Shown here in pieces: positions 35,984 to 42,640 of a stretch of DNA of 42,640 nucleotides. The stretch is from positions 115,704,605 through 115,747,244 of the forward strand of contig NC_068986.1 of the NCBI RefSeq assembly GCF_001194135.2. The letters run 5' to 3'. The stretch's first letter is position 1, and each line of letters starts with the position of its first letter. This stretch comes from Octopus bimaculoides (lineage: Eukaryota). The notes below the pieces were generated by a model. That model saw nothing but the letters and a program-made list of their open reading frames with translations. It ran no database searches and had not been told where the DNA came from. A program made the position numbers and the translations under genes.

Positions 35984-36780
35984 ATCGTGAAGTATATTTG
36001 CCTCCTAAATGTAGCTAACCCTTAAGGGTTGATGCTACTGTAGCTTGTAGCCCCAGGAAGACATCTCCTCCAGCTGGCTATTGGCACACTATCTGTGTCC
36101 TATCAGTGTTTGCAAAGGGAAGTCATCGTTCCCATCTCCAGCCTGACATGATACACACGGATCAGAGTTTCTCTTATATAGCCGTCATTAGCGTGTGACA
36201 ACCAACGGTTGGCGATGGGAAATGATTCTCAATGCAAATATATATCCTTTTTTCAGTGACGAAAAGTCACTGATCTCGAAAAAGTGGAAACAAGCAATAA
36301 TAAATCTCTGAGCGAGGTATAAACAGTAGCTGCACGACATCGGGAAGTATATTTGCCAGCTAAATGTGACTAACCCTTAAGAGTTGATGCTACAGTAGTT
36401 TGTAGCCCCAGGAAGACATCTCCTTCAGCTGTCTATTGACACACTATCTGTGTCCTATCAGTATTTGCAAAGGGAAGTCATCGTTCGCATTTCCAGCCTG
36501 ACGTGATACGCACGGACCCGAGTTTCTGGGTATTTAGCCGTTATCAGCATGTGATAACCACCGGTTGGTGATGGGAAGTGATTCTCAATGCAAAGTCATT
36601 CCCTTTGCAAATACTGATAGGACACAGATAGTGTGTCAGTAGTCAGCTGGAGGAGATGTCTTCCTGGGGTTATAAGCTAAAGTAGCATCAACCCTTAAGG
36701 GTTAGCCACATTTAGGTGGCAAATACACTTCACGATGTCGTGCGGCTACCGTTTATACCTCGCTCAGAGATTGATTATTT
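35984..36780. mobile_element. 355-bp tandem repeat plus inverted partial copy, PLE terminal-repeat-like, carrying two degenerate HHRs
   Basis: GAAGTATATTTGCC at 35989 and 36344 (period 355). 36594-36780 is the reverse complement of about 36296-36482. HHR motifs on the minus strand at 36154-36197 and 36509-36553. Confidence 0.8.
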
Positions 36781-37149
36781 TATTAAAAATTATATACACA
36801 AAAGATTGTTGAAATATTTTGTGTATTGTAGAAGTAAATCTTAAATGGACCCTTCTACCAAAGGTCATACAGACCCCGGTTGAGGACAATTGCATTTGGG
36901 AGAAATGAGGTCGGGATGGGTTGTGGCTCGGATTGACTGATATAAGGGTGGAGTGGAATTAGGGATGGCAGTGTATTGAGTTAAAGGCAGGGTTGGGTTA
37001 AGGTAAATTATGTTTAAAACAAAAAAAGATAAAATGACGTTTTTGCCAGAATTTCTACTGTTGGAAAGGAATATGAAACTTTCTATCATCTGCTTATCGT
37101 CTATACACTATTCAAATGTCGTCAGCAACTATAGACTGCATTTATGCGT

Positions 37150-38015
37150 ACGTGTATGTATGTTTGTATTACGTATGTATGTATGTATGTATGTATGTAT
37201 GTATGTATGTTATGCATGTATGTATGTATGTATGTATGTATGTATTATGTATGTATGTATGTATGTATTATGTAATATGTATGTATGTATTATGTATGTA
37301 TTATGTATGTATGTATGGATGGATGGATTGATGGATGGATGGATGTATTATGTATATGTATGTATGTATTATGTATGTGTGTATATATTATGTATTATGT
37401 ATGTATTATGTATGTTTGTATGTATGTATGTATTATGTATGTATGTATGTATGTATTATGTATGTATGTATGTATGTATGTATGTATGGCATTATTCAAT
37501 TTATTTCAAGATTNNNNNNNNNNNNNNNNNNNNNNNNNNNNNNNNNNNNNNNNNNNNNNNNNNNNNNNNNNNNNNNNNNNNNNNNNNNNNNNNNNNNNNN
37601 NNNNNNNNNNNNNNNNNNNNNNNNNNNNNNNNNNNNNNNNNNNNNNNNNNNNNNNNNNNNNNNNNNNNNNNNNNNNNNNNNNNNNNNNNNNNNNNNNNNN
37701 NNNNNNNNNNNNNNNNNNNNNNNNNNNNNNNNNNNNNNNNNNNNNNNNNNNNNNNNNNNNNNNNNNNNNNNNNNNNNNNNNNNNNNNNNNNNNNNNNNNN
37801 NNNNNNNNNNNNNNNNNNNNNNNNNNNNNNNNNNNNNNNNNNNNNNNNNNNNNNNNNNNNNNNNNNNNNNNNNNNNNNNNNNNNNNNNNNNNNNNNNNNN
37901 NNNNNNNNNNNNNNNNNNNNNNNNNNNNNNNNNNNNNNNNNNNNNNNNGTATGTATGTATGTATGTATCTATGTGTGTATGTATGTATGTATGTATGTAT
38001 GTATGTATGTATGTA
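37150..38015. repeat. Degenerate (TATG)n array spanning an N gap
   Basis: Direct reading. Confidence 0.9.
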
Positions 38016-38019
38016 TGTG

Positions 38020-38272
38020 CAGATTTGTATGTTTTAGGTATGTATTCCCATGCATATAGTTACATAAATATTTAAATGATAAACTTCTGGAAAGTTTCAC
38101 AGATTTTTACGGTTCCAGTGATGAATTGGATCTGTGGTCTTCAAATCAGCTTTCTCCTTTCTGGTTTTGAGGATCCTAATTTCTCAAGATTAGTATTTAG
38201 GCAGTGTGTTACATATCCCAGGGCCCCAATAATTACTGGTATAAACCTGAACTATGTATGTATGTATGTATG
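38020..38272 (-). mobile_element. RLE-type non-LTR retrotransposon 3' fragment inside (CATA)n
   Basis: Minus strand FIPVIIGALGYVTHCLNTNLEKLG...ITGTVKICETF, flanked by (TATG)n on both sides. Confidence 0.7.
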
Positions 38273-38372
38273 TATGTATGTATGTACAAATACAACATAA
38301 AATTGAATTCGGAGAATCATTGAAAACCCATAGTAAGCACTTGTGCAAGGAATCGGCTATCAGTTAACATAG

Positions 38373-39262
38373 TGTTATAATGTGGATGCTCGTCCACTTC
38401 TATGTTATTGGCATTGTTATATTCTTGTCGCCATTATAATGTGGCGGTATTCCGCGTCTTATTATCTTTGACTCGTCTATAGTGCTATCGTCTATCATGC
38501 TCCGGAAGACAATGATTATGAAACGTCTACCTTGACGGTAACTCGAATTCGTATATGTCATGTAACTAACACTGACTCCAACTGAGAATTCGTACAACGA
38601 CTCTACTACTACTGATCTCCTACAACGAATGACTGTCTGACTTTGTGACGTGACGTGGACTGTATCATTTTCACTACAACATCGCCCTTTTTAGTTTTTT
38701 TTAGTGGGGTGAGCAGGTAATTTTATTTTACTTTATTCCCCCTTCGTCCCTTTTTTTTCTATACGCAATATCCTTTCTTTTTGACGTCTATTTGTGTTCT
38801 TTTTTCTTCCGCTTGTACGCGTGAGTCCAACCACCTGTAACGGTGTGGTACCTGGAATGTGTCATACAGCCATTCCATAGGCTCTTCCAATCTGTCTGAT
38901 TCATTTTGTATACATCACTTCTTCAATTGGTTTCTGTGTCTTTTTTCAATATCTGTTCTGCTTTTAATTCCGTATATCCTTTTTCCTATGTACTTTGTAA
39001 TTGTTCCTTCTCCCCAGTATTGTTTCCCCTTTTTATACGACCTCGTGTACACCTTATTACCATTTTTGAAAAATTTTGGATTGTTTTTCCTGGTACTTTT
39101 CCTTTCTTCGCCAGGTAACAGTTTATCAAAAACTGATTTCACCTTCCTCGCGCGAACATCAGTTCTGCTGGTGAGCTTCTTGCTGGTGTATTGGGATTCG
39201 GCGTTGCCCTGTACATGTCTATGCAATCGAAAATCTACGATTTCTGTGAGATGTGAAAAGTG
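38373..39262 (-). mobile_element. Gypsy-type LTR retrotransposon remnant: integrase C-terminus, PPT and 3' LTR (38373-38681)
   Basis: ORF 38915-39226 (F..GNKVYTRSY..W.EGTITKYIG..Y..RH.NQL) resembles the K02A2.6-like Gypsy integrase tail. On the minus strand AAAAAGGGCGA is followed by TGTTGT...ATAACA (309 bp, TG..CA ends). Confidence 0.75.
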
Positions 39263-40420
39263 AATACAGATTAATTATTTTTATGAGATTTCCATATGAC
39301 TACAGCCGATTCGTAATCATCTTCAAATAGTACTATTAATTTCAACATTCCTAATTAGAGATTTATAAGAGTAGAGTTTTTGTACTGTACACGTATAATA
39401 CTAAGAAACAAAAACGTCGATGTGGTAAGTAAATTAATTCATCTCCAGGAAAAGTTCAACGATCAAAATTACTGTCAGTTTCCTCATACACTTCGTCAGA
39501 CCGTGATACAGAAATATTGTGTTTATATTATTTTTCTCTAGTTATAGATAAGTTTCTGGTCGTTAGTTGATTTGATTGGTTTTAAAAAGTGCTTATCTAT
39601 TTATTTGTATAGTGTTATGTCCTTAAGGAGAAGGAGATAAAGTTAGTTTAGGTGGTGATGAACCATTTTTATTTGTAGTCTAGGTTTCTGGGTACAGATG
39701 AAGTGGTGGTGTTGTATTTAGGCAACGTTTTATGTTAAACACTTATACACATAAACTCTATAAAGTTATATAAATACATATATCATGCGTTCGAAAATAA
39801 AATTTCAAAAATTGCTTTTTTTCATTTTAAAAGTATATTTGAAATTTCTTTATCAATGGAAGAGAATATGGCTTAATTCACAGTCTTTCACATTGAAATT
39901 TAAGTTCAAGGGTCAGTAATAGACAAACTAGGAATGTGCTCAGAGAATTGCATGCATTGTAGAGCCGCCTGATAATTAACTCTTTGAGACCTGACCACCT
40001 TGGTGCTCTTTGATACTATGCCTGTGCTCCTGGGACATTTTCGTGCCCGGTTCGGACAGGGATTAGAAGCGAGGCTGTCATAACACAGACGATACAGCTT
40101 TTATATTGTCATCAGGTTATAAGGCAGCAAACACTTTATATGTACTTGCAAATGGTTGGTCGATTAAAACAGGGTCAAAACATGCATAATCAAACATACG
40201 TTGCACTCAGTGACCCCGCATCGCTTTACCGGTGCTACAGCATTGCCACCACTATATGGACGTTACGGGTTCTAAGGGTGAAGTTTGTTTGGAATAGGGT
40301 ATCTGATGAACATTTTATTTCCTTTTCAGGTTCTTTTTATTTTTGTTTTTAAATGTGTTGTGATCTTACATTTGTTCAACAACTGTTATACAGCTTTCTG
40401 TCAATATATCCAACTTTAAT

Positions 40421-40913
40421 TCTTTTACTTGTTTTCAATCATTCATCTGAGGCCATGCTGGAGCACCGCCATTGGTCGAACAAATCGATCTCAGAACTTA
40501 TTCTTTGTAAGTCTAATACTTATTTTATCGGTCTATTTAACCGAAGCGCTAAGTTACGGCGACGTAAACACACCAACATCGGTTGTCAAGCGTTGGTGCG
40601 GGGACAAACACAGACACACAAACACATACACACGCACACACACACACACACACGCACGCACACACACACACACACACACACACANNNNNNNNNNNNNNNN
40701 NNNNNNNNNNNNNNNNNNNNNNNNNNNNNNNNNNNNNATATATATATATATATATACGACGGGCTTCTTTCAGTTTCCGTCTACCAAATCCACTCACAAG
40801 GCTTTGGTTGGCTCGAGGCTATATCAGAAGATACTTGCCCAAGATACTATGCAGAGGGACTGAACCTGGAACCATGTGGTTGGGAAGCAAGCTTCTTACC
40901 ACACAGCCACTCC
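40421..40913 (-). mobile_element. SINE family A, full length, internal (CA)/(TA) run with gap
   Basis: Reverse complement of both the head and the tail modules. Confidence 0.9.
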
Positions 40914-41346
40914 TAGCTATAAATTAAAAAGATATTAAATAATTTCAATCGTCTTCTTGTTTTAGTTTAAGAAGCTGAAACAATATTGTTTGGAAAACTT
41001 TAGACGGCTTTTGTGGTAAATTTGTAAAACTTTGAAAATCTCTTTCTTCCACCGAACGAGTCAAAGACAGAAACACATTTGCACAGACATATATATATAT
41101 ATATATATACACCCGTAAACAAATAGTTGCTCATACGTGCATTAAAATGTATATAAGTTTTAAAGTTTATTAATGCAGGCTCCACAAAGATAGACACAAA
41201 GGCGCTCATGCTTAGACACCCACGCATGTAGATATGCAAACACTTAAACACAGATGCTAACCTTAACACGCAGTCACAGACACAAATATAACACACACAC
41301 ACACACACACATACAATCTCACACTACACACGCGCGCATATATATA

Positions 41347-41390
<44 letters not shown>

Positions 41391-41449
41391 GTAATTGGTA
41401 TTTTAATCGTTATAAAACATACGCCGCTCCTTCTAGCTCAATATATATA

Positions 41450-42640
41450 TCAGGTCATCCCATAAATTTTGTCCGTTTTCACCTTTTTTAAAATTGAATG
41501 AAATTTAATAGTATTTTTGAGTGTCTAATGGAATTAAAAATTATTTTTATGCATTTGTGTACATTTAAACTAATTAAATATTATTTTACAGAGTAATAGA
41601 ATTAGAATTTCTTTGATTAAAACCTTTTCTAACATGGAAGTATCCAAAGAGCATTTAAGGCACATAATGCTTTATGAGTACAAAAAAGGAAATTCAGTTT
41701 ATGGGAAAGAATGCTTGAATGAAAGAACTTGCAGAAGATGGTTTGCAAAATTCAGAAGTGGAGATTTCAGTCTTGAAGATGAAGATCGAACAGGAAGTCC
41801 GGTTGAATTTGATGATAAGCTCCTTGAGGCATTACTTGAAGAAAGTTCTGCATTATCAGTTGAAGAATTGGCAATAAAGCTTAGTTCAAGCCATACAAGT
41901 GTTCATCGTCATCTTCAACAACTTGGAAAGGTTCCTAAACTTGAAAATAGGTGCTTCATGAATTGTCCGAAAGCAGCAGCAAATCCCCAGTTGACATCTG
42001 CTCTTCTCTCCATTCTCACGAACTCATTTCACCCTTTTTGGATAAACGTGTGACTTGTGACGAAAAATGGATCTTCTATCGAAATGTTAAACGCCGTAAA
42101 CAGTGGCTTGGTAAAAGGGAAACAGCTCAGCCACAACCGAAAAGGGAACTTCATGGGAAAAAGGTTCTTCTCTCTATCTGGTGGGATTGCAAAGGAGTAA
42201 TACAATTTGAATTGTTACCACCTAATGCCACAATCAATGCTCGAGTCTACTGTCAGCAATTAGAGCGTTTCAACCAAGCTTTGAAGAAAAAAAGACCCGC
42301 TTTAGTGAATCGAAAAGGAGTGATGTTTCATCAGGACAATGCGCGACCCCACACTGCAAAGATCATATCACAGAAGATCGAAGAACTTGGTTGGGAAAAA
42401 ATTCCTCATCCACCTTATTCTCCCGACCTTGCTCCTTCAGACTACCATTTGTTTCGTAGTTTTCAGAACATTTGAGGGACACAACTTTCGCAAGCCATGA
42501 GGAGGTCGAAACTGACATTTCAGAGTTCTTCGCTTTGAAACCAAGAGAGTTTTACATTGATGGGATTAAAAAGCTTGTAACTAGATGGAGGGAAGTCATA
42601 GATAATCAGGGAAAGTACATTGATGATTAAATTTCAATTA
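41450..42640 (+). mobile_element. Mariner (DD34D) transposon; right TIR lies beyond the window
   Basis: TA followed by TCAGGTCATCCCATAAATTTTGTCCG as probable left TIR; transposase downstream. Confidence 0.9.
41634..42630 (+). pseudogene. Mariner transposase pseudogene (two frameshifts, short N-terminal deletion)
   Basis: MEVSKEHLRHIMLYEYKKGN, RWFAKFRSGDFSLEDE.R.G.P, TCDEKW, HQDNARPH, PYSPDLAPSDY, ending GKYIDD*. Frameshifts near 41945 (WVPHEL motif) and 42470. Confidence 0.95.

Noticed and set aside
39301-39326. TTGAAGA-TGATTAC-GAA-TCGGCTGT-A on the minus strand
   Set aside because: Two core mismatches and no helix I.
40300-40345. Pyrimidine tract plus CAG|G as a possible next SLC6 exon acceptor
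   Set aside because: The phase-1 frame hits TAA within 8 codons and shows no TM3 similarity.
8107-40927. Long ORF-track entries rich in YI/CV/HT/poly-X/poly-K/poly-M
   Set aside because: They are translations of microsatellites and N gaps, with no coding signal.
1-42640. CRISPR arrays, rRNA, true tRNA genes, prokaryotic operons
   Set aside because: No repeat-spacer arrays or rRNA similarity were seen. tRNA-like boxes belong to SINE heads, and the sequence is clearly eukaryotic.

Overview
AT-rich, repeat-saturated animal genomic DNA from a draft assembly, with about 5.5 kb of N gaps, nearly all bordered by microsatellites. The SINE families and microsatellite load look most like an octopus (coleoid cephalopod); this is pattern recall, not a database hit. 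The only host coding sequence I can support is one 135-bp internal exon (27454-27588, +) of an SLC6 neurotransmitter transporter, most like the serotonin transporter. The rest is apparently intron filled with decayed mobile elements: a CR1-like LINE split by a SINE with a 17-bp TSD, RTE LINE tails, Penelope-like (PLE) fragments, a same-strand cluster of R4/Dong-like RLE retrotransposon tails in trinucleotide arrays, a Gypsy integrase tail with PPT and 3' LTR, three SINE families, two MITE-like elements and a frameshifted mariner. Most long entries in the ORF track are microsatellite or N-gap artefacts. The most interesting signal, invisible in the ORF track, is a set of minimal type I hammerhead-ribozyme (HHR) motifs from several unrelated families, most with palindromic helix III. 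Two sit in PLE-style inverted or tandem repeat structures: 21884-22272 (inverted arms, 15-bp TSD, one apparently intact HHR) and 35984-36780 (355-bp tandem plus inverted copy). All ribozyme calls come from folding by eye and need computational and biochemical tests.
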